A stretch of 60,137 nt of DNA, from contig DATKCM010000082.1 in assembly GCA_035513195.1 (NCBI GenBank), positions 1 to 60,137 on the forward strand. Direction: 5' to 3'. Source of the stretch: Acidimicrobiia bacterium. Lineage in GTDB: Bacteria > Actinomycetota > Acidimicrobiia > Spongiisociales > ZC4RG35. The notes beneath the pieces were generated by a model that was not told where the DNA came from, did not search any database, and saw nothing but the letters and a program-made list of their open reading frames with translations. A program made the translations under genes and the position numbers. Of this stretch, positions 1-8,649 are shown in pieces (position 1 is the first letter of the stretch; each line of letters starts with the position of its first letter).

Positions 1-11
1 GATGCGCGGCC

Positions 12-1475
12 TTACCGCACCGAGTCTTGGCTGATCTGGAGGGTCTTCACGTCGGAATGGAAGTCGAGGGCGTAGTCGCCGCCTTCGCGGCCGATCCCTG
101 AGAGTCGGCAACCTCCGAAGGGGGCGGTCAGATCCCTGACCAGGAAGGTGTTGACCCAGACAGTGCCGGCGCGAATCGCCCGTCCAACTCGATCGGCGCG
201 TTCTGCAGACCCGGTGTAGACGATTGCCGAGAGGCCGTACCTCGTCGAGTTGGCCAGGTCGATTGCCTCGGCCTCGTCTTTGAACGTCTGGTAGGTGAGG
301 ACCGGCCCGAAGACCTCGCGCTGAACGATCTCGGAGTAGTTCGACGCCGGGGCGATCACTGTCGGCTCGTACCACAACCCGTCTTCGCTATGACGCTGCC
401 CGCCCCGGAGGACCCGGTCGCCGTTGTCACGGGCCCGGTCCACGAAGCCCTCGACGCGGCGCATGTGATCGGGGTGGATCATCGGCGAGATCGTGGTCGC
501 CGCCGCCCGGCTGTCACCCAGGATGTGCTTGTCGGTGTAGGCGGAGAACCGCTCGTAGAACTCGTTGCTGACCGACTCCTCGACCAGAAGCCGCGTGCCG
601 GCGAGACACACCTGACCGGAGTCGTCGAACTGGCCGGCCGCCTTCTGGGCCGCCGCCTCGATGTCGGCGTCGGCAAACACCAGGAAGGGTCCCTTCCCGC
701 CCAGCTCGGCGGTGAACGGGGTGATGTTCCGGGCAGCGGTCTCACCGATGTGGACTGCAGTCTCGGGCGATCCGGTGAAGCTGATCCTGCGTACCCTCTT
801 GTCTCCCACCAGGGCAGCGCCGACTTCGTCACCGATTCCCTGGACGATGTTGAGCACCCCGGGAGGGATTCTCGCCTCGGCGGCAAGGTCGGCAAGCAGC
901 GACGCCGAAAGCGGCGCCCATTCCGCGGGCTTCAGGATCACGGTGTTGCCGGCGGCCAGAGCCGGAGCGATCTTCCAGGTGGAAAGCAGCCAGGGGGCGT
1001 TCCAGGGCGTGATGATCACCGCAGGGCCGGCCGGCATCCGTTGCACGACGTTGTTGGTTCCCTTTGACGACCACTTCCGCTCAACGTGACTGACGGCCAG
1101 GTCGGCGTAGTTGCGGAAGTTCTCGGCGCCGCGGTGAATGACGCGGGCTTCGAGGCTCTCCAGCAGCATCGCCATGTCGACACACTCGATCGCGGCGACC
1201 ATCTCGATGTTCTCGTCGATGAGGTCGGCGAGACGCCGCAGGTAGGCACCCCTTTCCTCAACACTGAGGGCAGCCCAAGCGGGGAATGCGGCCACCGCGG
1301 CCGAGACTGCCGCGTCAGCGGTCAGGGCATCGCCGCGGGCGACATCGGCGAGTTTCCAGTCCCAGTCCAGTGGCGAGCGCACCTCGAACGTGGTGTCGGA
1401 GCTCACACGCCGACCGTTGATGTAATGGTCAGGGGAAATTGCGTATTGGGAGATCTCGGCACGGGTCGAAGGCAT
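12..1475 (-). CDS. NAD(P)+-dependent aldehyde dehydrogenase (semialdehyde dehydrogenase of a meta-cleavage-type pathway, by context)
   Basis: ORF 12..1646(-). The translation shows ALDH motifs ELGGKGP and FTGSPETA, and the catalytic Cys context QVCLAGTRLLV. I trimmed the start to ATG 1475 (MPSTRAEIS...) because GGAGG lies 5 nt upstream. The 57 upstream codons are Arg/Ser-rich and lie in the divergent promoter region. Confidence 0.85.
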   Translation of the reverse strand: MPSTRAEISQYAISPDHYINGRRVSSDTTFEVRSPLDWDWKLADVARGDALTADAAVSAAVAAFPAWAALSVEERGAYLRRLADLIDENIEMVAAIECVDMAMLLESLEARVIHRGAENFRNYADLAVSHVERKWSSKGTNNVVQRMPAGPAVIITPWNAPWLLSTWKIAPALAAGNTVILKPAEWAPLSASLLADLAAEARIPPGVLNIVQGIGDEVGAALVGDKRVRRISFTGSPETAVHIGETAARNITPFTAELGGKGPFLVFADADIEAAAQKAAGQFDDSGQVCLAGTRLLVEESVSNEFYERFSAYTDKHILGDSRAAATTISPMIHPDHMRRVEGFVDRARDNGDRVLRGGQRHSEDGLWYEPTVIAPASNYSEIVQREVFGPVLTYQTFKDEAEAIDLANSTRYGLSAIVYTGSAERADRVGRAIRAGTVWVNTFLVRDLTAPFGGCRLSGIGREGGDYALDFHSDVKTLQISQDSVR

Positions 1476-1710
1476 CCGCACCTCCTCTGGTTCGAAGTCT
1501 TGAGCGACCTGTCGCTTAAATACTTGTGGCTTCTCTCCGGCCTTCGACGCCCCTGGCGGCGTCGAAGATGCTCGCCGCAGCTTCCGGCTGCGACTGCGCT
1601 CTTCTCCTTGCCAGCTGACGCCGATGACTCGGAGACACGCGCACACTATTCAAGCGACAGGTCACTAGGAACCTAAGGATAAACTGGGTCCCACGCCAGG
1701 CGGAGAGACC

Positions 1711-2256
1711 GTGCCCGTACCTCTGAGCCAACACGATCCCGATGAGCTCCTCGAAGCAGAGCGTGATATCCGCGCCCGCCTCGACGGAAGGCCTTTCGAC
1801 TTCGAGGCGATGCTTGCGGTGTCCAACATCTACAGGGCAGCGAATGCGGTCCGGAACCGGATGGAACGCGACGTGCTCGGCCCCGAAGGTCTGAGCTGGG
1901 GTGGGTTCACCATCCTGTTTGTCCTCTGGGTGTGGGGAGAGCGGGAAACGAGTGAGCTGGCTGATGAATGCGGGCTGGCCAAGGGGACTCTGAGCGGGAT
2001 GCTGACAACCCTGGAGAAGTCGGGACTGATCGGGCGTTCACGGCATCCCGATGATGGGCGCCGTGTGGTCGTGGCACTTCTCGAGGAGGGCGAAGAGACC
2101 ATCGAGCGGGTGTTTCCTGAGTTCAACAAACACGAGGCGATGTTCACTGATCGGCTCGACGACTCCGAGGTGCATGAAATGGCAAGGCTTCTCCGGGTCG
2201 TCACCGCCACCGCTTCGGATGCGCCGCTCGTAGCGGGCGGCGACCTATCCCGGTAG
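1711..2256 (+). CDS. MarR family transcriptional regulator
   Basis: 181 aa. Winged-helix stretch SELADECGLAKGTLSGMLTTLEKSGLIGRSRHPDDGRRVVV is typical of MarR. GTG start has GGAGAG just upstream. It is divergent from the ALDH gene and upstream of the dioxygenase. Confidence 0.8.
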   Translation: MPVPLSQHDPDELLEAERDIRARLDGRPFDFEAMLAVSNIYRAANAVRNRMERDVLGPEGLSWGGFTILFVLWVWGERETSELADECGLAKGTLSGMLTTLEKSGLIGRSRHPDDGRRVVVALLEEGEETIERVFPEFNKHEAMFTDRLDDSEVHEMARLLRVVTATASDAPLVAGGDLSR

Positions 2257-2259
2257 AAT

Positions 2260-2279
2260 TTCGTTAGCTTCCTAACGAA
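2260..2279. promoter_or_regulatory. perfect inverted repeat TTCGTTAG-CTTC-CTAACGAA between marR and the dioxygenase gene
   Basis: 8-bp arms read directly from the sequence, and AT-rich relative to the surroundings. It lies 4 nt after the marR stop and 25 nt before the dioxygenase ATG. A similar half-site, CCTAAGGA, lies at 1672-1679 in the marR/ALDH divergent region. Confidence 0.35.
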
Positions 2280-2304
2280 GTCCGATGAGCTTGAGGAGAT
2301 TGAC

Positions 2305-3180
2305 ATGGGCGAAATAGTGGGGGCCGGACTGATAAGTCACGCGCCAACCATCATGTTCGATGAGGAGACCCGCAGAGAGCTCAACGACGGTAAGGAGATC
2401 TCGCTGGTCCCGGGCCTGAATCGGCTGAAGTCCGAAGTGTTCGCGAGGCTGAACCCTGATCTCATCGTTATCATCGACTCGCACTGGGCGTCGACCGTCG
2501 AGCACATCCTCACCGCCCAGCCCAGCCAGAAAGGCGTCTTTACCTCCTCAGAGCTTCCCCGGGGGATGGCCGGGATCGAGTACGAGTACCCCGGCGATCC
2601 TGAGTTCGCCCGTCTCGCCGCCAGCCTCGGCGACGAGCTGGGCACACCGACTCACGCTTCGGAGGATCCGCACCTGCCTCTCTATTACGCCACTATCAAC
2701 CTGGTGCATTACCTCCGCAGTGATGAGAGAGTCGTGTCGGTGTCACTGGTCCAGACCGGGGAGACTGACGACTTCATGACCATGGGTGCGGCTATCGGAG
2801 AAGCGGTGGCCCGACTCGACCGGAGAGCAGTCGTTCTCGCGTCCGGAGGCATGAGCCACACGTTCTGGCCACTCAAAGAGATCGCAAAGCACGAAGCGTC
2901 CGACCCGATCCACATCATCACGCCTGAGGCTCGAGCGGCAGACGAGGAGCGCCTCGAGTGGATGAAAGCCGGAGATCACGCCCGGATCGTCGACACCATG
3001 GAGGATTACTTCGAGCACGCCCCGGAAGGCGACTTCGGCCACTATCTGATGATGCTGGGCGCCATCGGTGGTCGTGACTGCGTAGCGACCGGGAAGATGT
3101 TCTCTGACTACGAGAACGCCACCGGGACCGGCCAGGTTCACGTCTGGTTCGACAAGCCGGAGAATGGTTGGACCGGCTGA
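2305..3180 (+). CDS. class III (LigB-type) extradiol ring-cleavage dioxygenase
   Basis: 291 aa. N-terminus GAGLISHAPTIM, IVIIDSHW and SGGMSHTFWP resemble the LigB/HpaD-like extradiol dioxygenase catalytic subunit. GAGGAG SD lies 8 nt upstream of the ATG. Confidence 0.75.
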   Translation: MGEIVGAGLISHAPTIMFDEETRRELNDGKEISLVPGLNRLKSEVFARLNPDLIVIIDSHWASTVEHILTAQPSQKGVFTSSELPRGMAGIEYEYPGDPEFARLAASLGDELGTPTHASEDPHLPLYYATINLVHYLRSDERVVSVSLVQTGETDDFMTMGAAIGEAVARLDRRAVVLASGGMSHTFWPLKEIAKHEASDPIHIITPEARAADEERLEWMKAGDHARIVDTMEDYFEHAPEGDFGHYLMMLGAIGGRDCVATGKMFSDYENATGTGQVHVWFDKPENGWTG

Positions 3181-3216
3181 CACGGATACAGACATGCATC
3201 GTGCCACAATTGGGGC

Positions 3217-4638
3217 ATGACATCGAATAGTCGGAGGCTCCCGCGACCCGATTCGATTCGGGCAGTTGCCGACGATCTCGAAGAGTTACTTGAACCGGAC
3301 GGCGGGTGGGTGGACCCGGTGATCGAGAGGGATCTCGACCGAATCGTCTCCACCATCCGGAACTATCTCGAGCCGCGCCTTGCCAACAGAAATGCCCCGT
3401 TCAATGTTGTGTTCGTCGGTCCCACCGGTAGCGGCAAGTCGACGATTGTGAACAGCCTTGCAGGCCGGACTGTGAGTCCGTCGGGTTCGATTCGACCAAC
3501 GACAAACAAGCCTGTCGTCTTCTCTGACGAGAAGTACAAAGAGGCGGCTTTCCTTGGCTCGGTCGACGCTGACGTGGCGACGGGAGAGGTCCTTTTCAGC
3601 GCCAATGTCTCTCTGGTCGACACTCCTGACATCGACTCGACATGTGTCTCCAACCACCGCACGGCCCTGCGGGTCCTTGCGGCAGCGGACGTGGTTGTGT
3701 TCGTCGCCTCGGCCCTGAGATACGCGGATCTAGTCCCGTGGGAGGTACTTCGTTCAGTAACCGAGCGTGGCATTCCGGTGATTCATGTGCTGAATCGGGT
3801 GTCTTCTCAGGACTCTGGGGCCATCATCGACTTCAGGAGGCGTTTGCGCGCGGCGAGGATGACGCCGAGGATCGCGCCCGTCGCTGAACACCGTTTGGGA
3901 GACGGAGGACTCCTTCCGCTGTCGACAATTCGAAGACTGAAGGAAGAGATCGAGGGCCAGACACGGGATCTGAATCGTGCGGAATGCCTGGACCGCGCAT
4001 TTGCCGCAGTCCGGTCGGACCTTTCCGCCATCGCTCACTCGGTCAATGCCGACTTGCTTCGGGTCCAGCGCGTTGTGAGCCGCATCCACCCCGAGTCGCT
4101 CAACTTCGAAGGCTATGACCCGACCGAGAAGCTCGCCAGGTGGGAGTCCGAGCTGGAGGGCACTCTGTTCTCGAAGACATTCGGTCGTCGCAAATTCCGG
4201 GCGAGACTTGAAAGGCTCGGGGACGAGGTCAAATCCGAGTTGATCACCCTGGTCGAACGGGACCTCCGTCTGTTTGCCCTTGAGCGAGGTGGCATGGTTA
4301 TCGACCTGACCGGCGGAGACGATCTCCGTCATCTCGAAAGGGTCGACTCGGTCATCGAAGGGTGGTACGAGTCTCTCGCTGGTGAAACCCCCACTACTGA
4401 CCTGAGCACTACGGCATTGGTACGTCGTATCGAGTCTGCGATTTCGGTGTTCCGTGAGGTAACCGTCGCCGGGCAGGATCTGTCGGTGGAGGCAACCGAG
4501 TTGAGGAGTGTCGTTTGGGAGATCTACGAGGCTTTCAGCGACGAATTGGTCGCTGACACCAACCACGCCCGAATCCTGAAGGCGGTCCAGGGGGCCCGTG
4601 CGCGGATACGGCCGGAGCCGGCACTCGCTAGCGCATGA
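3217..4638 (+). CDS. dynamin-like / HSR1-type GTPase domain protein (first of a tandem pair)
   Basis: 473 aa. P-loop GPTGSGKST, G3-like LVDTPDID, degenerate G4 LNRVSS, then a long helical C-terminal half with no TM segment. Confidence 0.7.
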   Translation: MTSNSRRLPRPDSIRAVADDLEELLEPDGGWVDPVIERDLDRIVSTIRNYLEPRLANRNAPFNVVFVGPTGSGKSTIVNSLAGRTVSPSGSIRPTTNKPVVFSDEKYKEAAFLGSVDADVATGEVLFSANVSLVDTPDIDSTCVSNHRTALRVLAAADVVVFVASALRYADLVPWEVLRSVTERGIPVIHVLNRVSSQDSGAIIDFRRRLRAARMTPRIAPVAEHRLGDGGLLPLSTIRRLKEEIEGQTRDLNRAECLDRAFAAVRSDLSAIAHSVNADLLRVQRVVSRIHPESLNFEGYDPTEKLARWESELEGTLFSKTFGRRKFRARLERLGDEVKSELITLVERDLRLFALERGGMVIDLTGGDDLRHLERVDSVIEGWYESLAGETPTTDLSTTALVRRIESAISVFREVTVAGQDLSVEATELRSVVWEIYEAFSDELVADTNHARILKAVQGARARIRPEPALASA

Positions 4639-4674
4639 GCCAAGTGGCCCGTCGCAGACCACTAGAGCTCTTCG

Positions 4675-5901
4675 ATGTATGAAACTCTCGTCGGGATCCT
4701 CGACACGGCGGACCGGGCACTAGCTGCAGCGCTGGCTGCCACCCCTCCAGGCGGGCTCGACCGGATGGGTCACCTCATACTCCGTTTGAGGCATCGGGTC
4801 GACTATCCCGAGGACCTGGCACTCGTCGCCCTCGCTGGAGGCACCGGATCGGGCAAGTCGTCGTTGTTCAATGTATTGCTGGACTCCGATGTCGCCGAGG
4901 TCGGCGGTATTCGTCCCACGACCTCGGTTCCGCTTATCTCGACACCGCGCGGACGTGCCCGTGAGATCGAGGGTTATCTGCGATGGTTCGACCCATCCGA
5001 AAGGGCAACTCACGACGGGCTCGATGGCGTGGTCTTGATCGACCTGCCCGATACCGACAGTGTCGAGACCGACCACCGGATGGTGGTCGAGTACCTGTTG
5101 CCCCGCCTCGATGCAGTGGTCTGGGTGGTTGATGTCGAGAAGTACCGTGACGACTCCCTGCATCGGGGATTTCTCCGGCGCTATGTCGACCACGGCGATC
5201 GCTTCCTCTTCGCCCTGAACCAGGTGGACCGGCTCCCCTCGGCCGAAGTCGCTCCGGTGGCAGCGGATTTCAAAGTGGCTCTGACCGAAGACGGCTTTTC
5301 CTATCCTGCCGTCTTTCCGATAGCCGCGGGGCCGCCGATCGGGCCGCTTTCAGGAATCGATGAATTGCGCACCGCGATCCAGGAGCTTGCCGGCCATTCC
5401 GTTGTTGCCAAACAGGTGAGCGACCTTCTCGAGACCGTGGCAGGGATCACCGAGGCGATCGGAAGGGCAGGCCTCGATTTCGAGCGACGGTGGCACGAGG
5501 TGCGCACGACTGCGGCTTCCCTCGCCGTCGGGGGTGATCCCGTGGGTGGTGGGCGGGCGGCGGCCGCTTTCTTCTCCGACATTGCCGGCGAAATGCACGG
5601 AGAGCCCGCTGAGGTTGCCCTCGGCCTGTCCGCCCATGTTGGCGAGCGTCTGGGTGAGTTCGCCCGTCAGGGGAAGAGCGCGGTCCCGCCGGTCGTCTCC
5701 CCGGCCGGTGGTTGGTTTCGGCGCAATCGTCCCGCCAAGGACTCGAATATGACAGATCGAGTCACCTATGTGGCCGAGAGCCTCGACCGGTATGCAGGGG
5801 ACCTAATTCGGCCCGTTTTGCAGCGCCGCGCCGAGGCCATCGCCGCGCTGTCATCGTTGGCCAGCGCGATACAGAGTTGGCGTGCAACGTCCGGAAGTTA
5901 A
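4675..5901 (+). CDS. dynamin-like / HSR1-type GTPase domain protein (second of a tandem pair)
   Basis: 408 aa. P-loop GGTGSGKSS, G3-like LIDLPDTD, G4-like LNQVDRL, helical C-terminus. Lies 36 nt after the first GTPase gene. Confidence 0.7.
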   Translation: MYETLVGILDTADRALAAALAATPPGGLDRMGHLILRLRHRVDYPEDLALVALAGGTGSGKSSLFNVLLDSDVAEVGGIRPTTSVPLISTPRGRAREIEGYLRWFDPSERATHDGLDGVVLIDLPDTDSVETDHRMVVEYLLPRLDAVVWVVDVEKYRDDSLHRGFLRRYVDHGDRFLFALNQVDRLPSAEVAPVAADFKVALTEDGFSYPAVFPIAAGPPIGPLSGIDELRTAIQELAGHSVVAKQVSDLLETVAGITEAIGRAGLDFERRWHEVRTTAASLAVGGDPVGGGRAAAAFFSDIAGEMHGEPAEVALGLSAHVGERLGEFARQGKSAVPPVVSPAGGWFRRNRPAKDSNMTDRVTYVAESLDRYAGDLIRPVLQRRAEAIAALSSLASAIQSWRATSGS

Positions 5902-5910
5902 TCTCAGCGG

Positions 5911-6735
5911 ATGCTCGAAAACCTGATTGGGAGGGAGAACCAGGGAAACCTGATCGGCTCACTCGTCGCGATAGCCGTATTCATCCTCCTCTATTTCCTG
6001 CTGAAACGCGTGAGTCGCCGCGTGCTCACCCGCATCGCCGGGCGGGGCCCGGCCGGGGAGAGCCGGGTCGTCACATTGGAACAAGTGACACTCCGTTTCG
6101 GACAAGTGGCGATCCTTGTCGCTTTCCTGATCGTGATCGGGGGAATCTGGGAGATCAACCTCGGAGGGGTGCTCGCCCTGGGTGCGGTGTTCGGCGCCGC
6201 CCTCGGGTTCGGGGCCCAGGATTTGGTGAAGGACTTGATCGGTGGCTTCTTCATCCTGTCCGAGGACCAGTTCCACATCGGTGACGTGGTCAGGATCGCC
6301 GACACCGAGGGCACCGTGGAGGACATCCAGTTCCGGGTGACCGTGCTGCGAGATGTGGAGGGCAACAAGCATTTTGTTCCCAACGGCCAGATCACAGTAA
6401 GCAGCAACTACACAGCGATCTACGCCCAACCTGTTCTCGATGTCGGCATTGCCTACAAGGCCGATGTCGACCGCGCCCTCGCCGTCATGAAGGATGAGCT
6501 CGAATCCATGGCGAACTCCGAGGAGTTCAGGGACTCATTCGTGGAGCCACCGGAGGTGCTCGGCGTTCAGGATCTCGCCGACAGTGCCGTCATTATCCGG
6601 GCCAGGTTGCGGGTGCTTGCCGATCAGCGCTGGACGGTGTTACGGGAGGCAAGGAGGCGGATCAAGATCCGTTTCGACGAGGAAGGCATCGAGATCCCGT
6701 TCCCGCACATGACCGTCTATCAGGGTGAAGCCTGA
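5911..6735 (+). CDS. mscS: small-conductance mechanosensitive channel (MscS family)
   Basis: 274 aa. Three N-terminal TM helices, then the MscS beta-domain signature GGFFILSEDQFHIGDVVRI...GTVEDIQFRVTVLRD. Starts 9 nt after the second GTPase gene. Confidence 0.85.
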   Translation: MLENLIGRENQGNLIGSLVAIAVFILLYFLLKRVSRRVLTRIAGRGPAGESRVVTLEQVTLRFGQVAILVAFLIVIGGIWEINLGGVLALGAVFGAALGFGAQDLVKDLIGGFFILSEDQFHIGDVVRIADTEGTVEDIQFRVTVLRDVEGNKHFVPNGQITVSSNYTAIYAQPVLDVGIAYKADVDRALAVMKDELESMANSEEFRDSFVEPPEVLGVQDLADSAVIIRARLRVLADQRWTVLREARRRIKIRFDEEGIEIPFPHMTVYQGEA

Positions 6736-7649
6736 CTTCTGATCAACATCAGTGAATCGGGCACCCACGTGACTGTCACACGGTCGGCCATGCCGAGTGA
6801 CTCACCGTCAGCCTGTACTGCGACCGGTGGGTCTGCCTCAGCCTCCAGTTTCTCGACCCCTTCCCAGATCTCGATCTCGGGGATCGCTTCCAGGTCTCGC
6901 CGTGCGATTACCCGCGCTGCGATCGAGGGCACGCGCCGGCGGCGAAGGCGTTCGATGAGAAGGGCTGTCATCGGGTCGGGCTTGGCAGCAGAGAGAGTCA
7001 GGGGCAGGCGTCCGAAGTAGGTGTAGACGTCACGGAACTGGAAGACAGCCGCGGAAACAAGTGACGAGCGGTCTTCGGACGTGACGGCGACATGGGGGCG
7101 TCGCTTGGGAAAGGAGCGAAAGGCAACGCCGAACGCGGTTGAGGCGTAGTGGATCGACCCGAATCGGTATTTCTTGTACGGGTCCTGGTCGGCCCTGATG
7201 ACAACGTCTGCATCCAGGCCCAACCCGCACGCGAATAGTGAGTGGTGAGTCGAAACGGTTGCGCCCCGGTGGAGGACCAGCTCCGCAGTCCCTGTCATAA
7301 CCGGGGGAGAAGGGGCGGTCAGGAGCCGGGCGGCCTTGGTCGGGTTGGAAGGCAAGTGGAGCAAGCGGCTGACGACATTTGTCGTTCCAACCGGTATCAC
7401 ACCCAATGGCACGGCAGTGTTGATCAATCCCTGGGCGACATGATGGACCATGCCATCGCCGCCCATCGCCACCACAAGAGAAGCGCCATCCTCTACGGAG
7501 CGGGCAGATGCCTCGCTCGCCTCGGCCCCCGAAGCGGGCCAAATGGCCGACACGTCGAATTTCTTGTTGAGGATTGCCATCACATCGCGGTGAGAACCAC
7601 CGGTGAACTGGGATGCCGCGGGGTTGGCGATCACCACTGCTTTTTCCAT
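6720..7649 (-). CDS. diacylglycerol kinase family lipid kinase (YegS/BmrU-like)
   Basis: 309 aa. N-terminal VVIANPAASQ and the GGDGMVHHV DAGK catalytic-domain motif. Its 3' end overlaps the mscS 3' end by 16 nt (convergent). Confidence 0.8.
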   Translation of the reverse strand: MEKAVVIANPAASQFTGGSHRDVMAILNKKFDVSAIWPASGAEASEASARSVEDGASLVVAMGGDGMVHHVAQGLINTAVPLGVIPVGTTNVVSRLLHLPSNPTKAARLLTAPSPPVMTGTAELVLHRGATVSTHHSLFACGLGLDADVVIRADQDPYKKYRFGSIHYASTAFGVAFRSFPKRRPHVAVTSEDRSSLVSAAVFQFRDVYTYFGRLPLTLSAAKPDPMTALLIERLRRRRVPSIAARVIARRDLEAIPEIEIWEGVEKLEAEADPPVAVQADGESLGMADRVTVTWVPDSLMLIRSQASP

Positions 7650-7683
7650 TGCAGGCTACGGTACCCATCTACTGTGGTCAGTC

Positions 7684-8649
7684 ATGACTGAGCCTCGATT
7701 TTCCCTGGTGTTCGGAGAGGGTGACGGCGCATTGCTCGGCCTAGCCGCCGGTGACACAGCAGGAGGAGCCTGGGAGCTGGGTTACTCCGCAGTGACCGAA
7801 CAAGCAACCGTCATTTCCTATGAGTTGATCGCCGAGGGCAAGCTCGACCAGCAGACCCTGATCGAGCAATTTCTCGAGCTCGACGGCTCGATGGACGAGG
7901 AGCCTGTGTTCAGGGCCGAGAGCCCTGAGTTTCGCGCGTGGCTCGACCGCGCAGTCATGGGCACCCCGACGCCCGACGAGACCCCAAGTCTCGACCCGGC
8001 CGGTCGCTCCGCGCCTCTGGGCGTCGCATATCGCACCGCACCAGACGACCTCCACCGTGAGGTGATCGGGCTGAACCGCTTGTTCCACACCGACGCAGGA
8101 TCGATTCTGGGCGGGGTAGCAATCGCGTCTGCCGTTGCTGCGTCGTGCTTCGGTCAAGGAGGGCGGGACTTGCTTCTGGGGGTCGCTCAGTCGGTCGGCG
8201 TTGCGATGGACGAGTTGGGTGGAAGCTCGATGGGCCTGAGCGGAGTGGATGCGATCGAGGGGTTCGATGAAAGAGTGCGACGACTTGTGGAGGGTTACGG
8301 TATCCGTGGCGCCAGGGACGCAATCAACTTCGTCGCGGCCGGAGCGGAGCCCGATCACCTCCAGAGCGTGCTTGCCTGCCTGCTCCTCACCTCCCACAAT
8401 GCAGAGAAGCCTTACGAACCGCTGGCCGAATCGGCGCGGATCGGCGGGAGCAACCTCGGTGCCGCTGCGGGTGCAATAGTCGGAGCCCGAGTCGGTATTC
8501 GTGCCTGGCCATGGGCATTCGCCAACGACACCTGGTTCGCCGAGATCGGCCGTCGTCTTGTCCGGGGACCACAGGAGATCCGGGACTTGCCGATTCCTTA
8601 CGCGGTGGAACAACACCTCATTTCGAGGGCGCGCCAGAATCACCCGTGA
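7684..8649 (+). CDS. ADP-ribosylglycohydrolase (ARH/DraG) family protein, metal-site motifs degenerate
   Basis: ORF 7603..8649, start trimmed to ATG 7684 (MTEPRFSLVFGEG...). N-terminal LGLAAGDTAGG resembles the ARH GDALG motif. The C-terminal IGGSNLGAAAGAIVGA aligns to the family GGDTDT...AG motif but lacks both Asp. Confidence 0.6.
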   Translation: MTEPRFSLVFGEGDGALLGLAAGDTAGGAWELGYSAVTEQATVISYELIAEGKLDQQTLIEQFLELDGSMDEEPVFRAESPEFRAWLDRAVMGTPTPDETPSLDPAGRSAPLGVAYRTAPDDLHREVIGLNRLFHTDAGSILGGVAIASAVAASCFGQGGRDLLLGVAQSVGVAMDELGGSSMGLSGVDAIEGFDERVRRLVEGYGIRGARDAINFVAAGAEPDHLQSVLACLLLTSHNAEKPYEPLAESARIGGSNLGAAAGAIVGARVGIRAWPWAFANDTWFAEIGRRLVRGPQEIRDLPIPYAVEQHLISRARQNHP

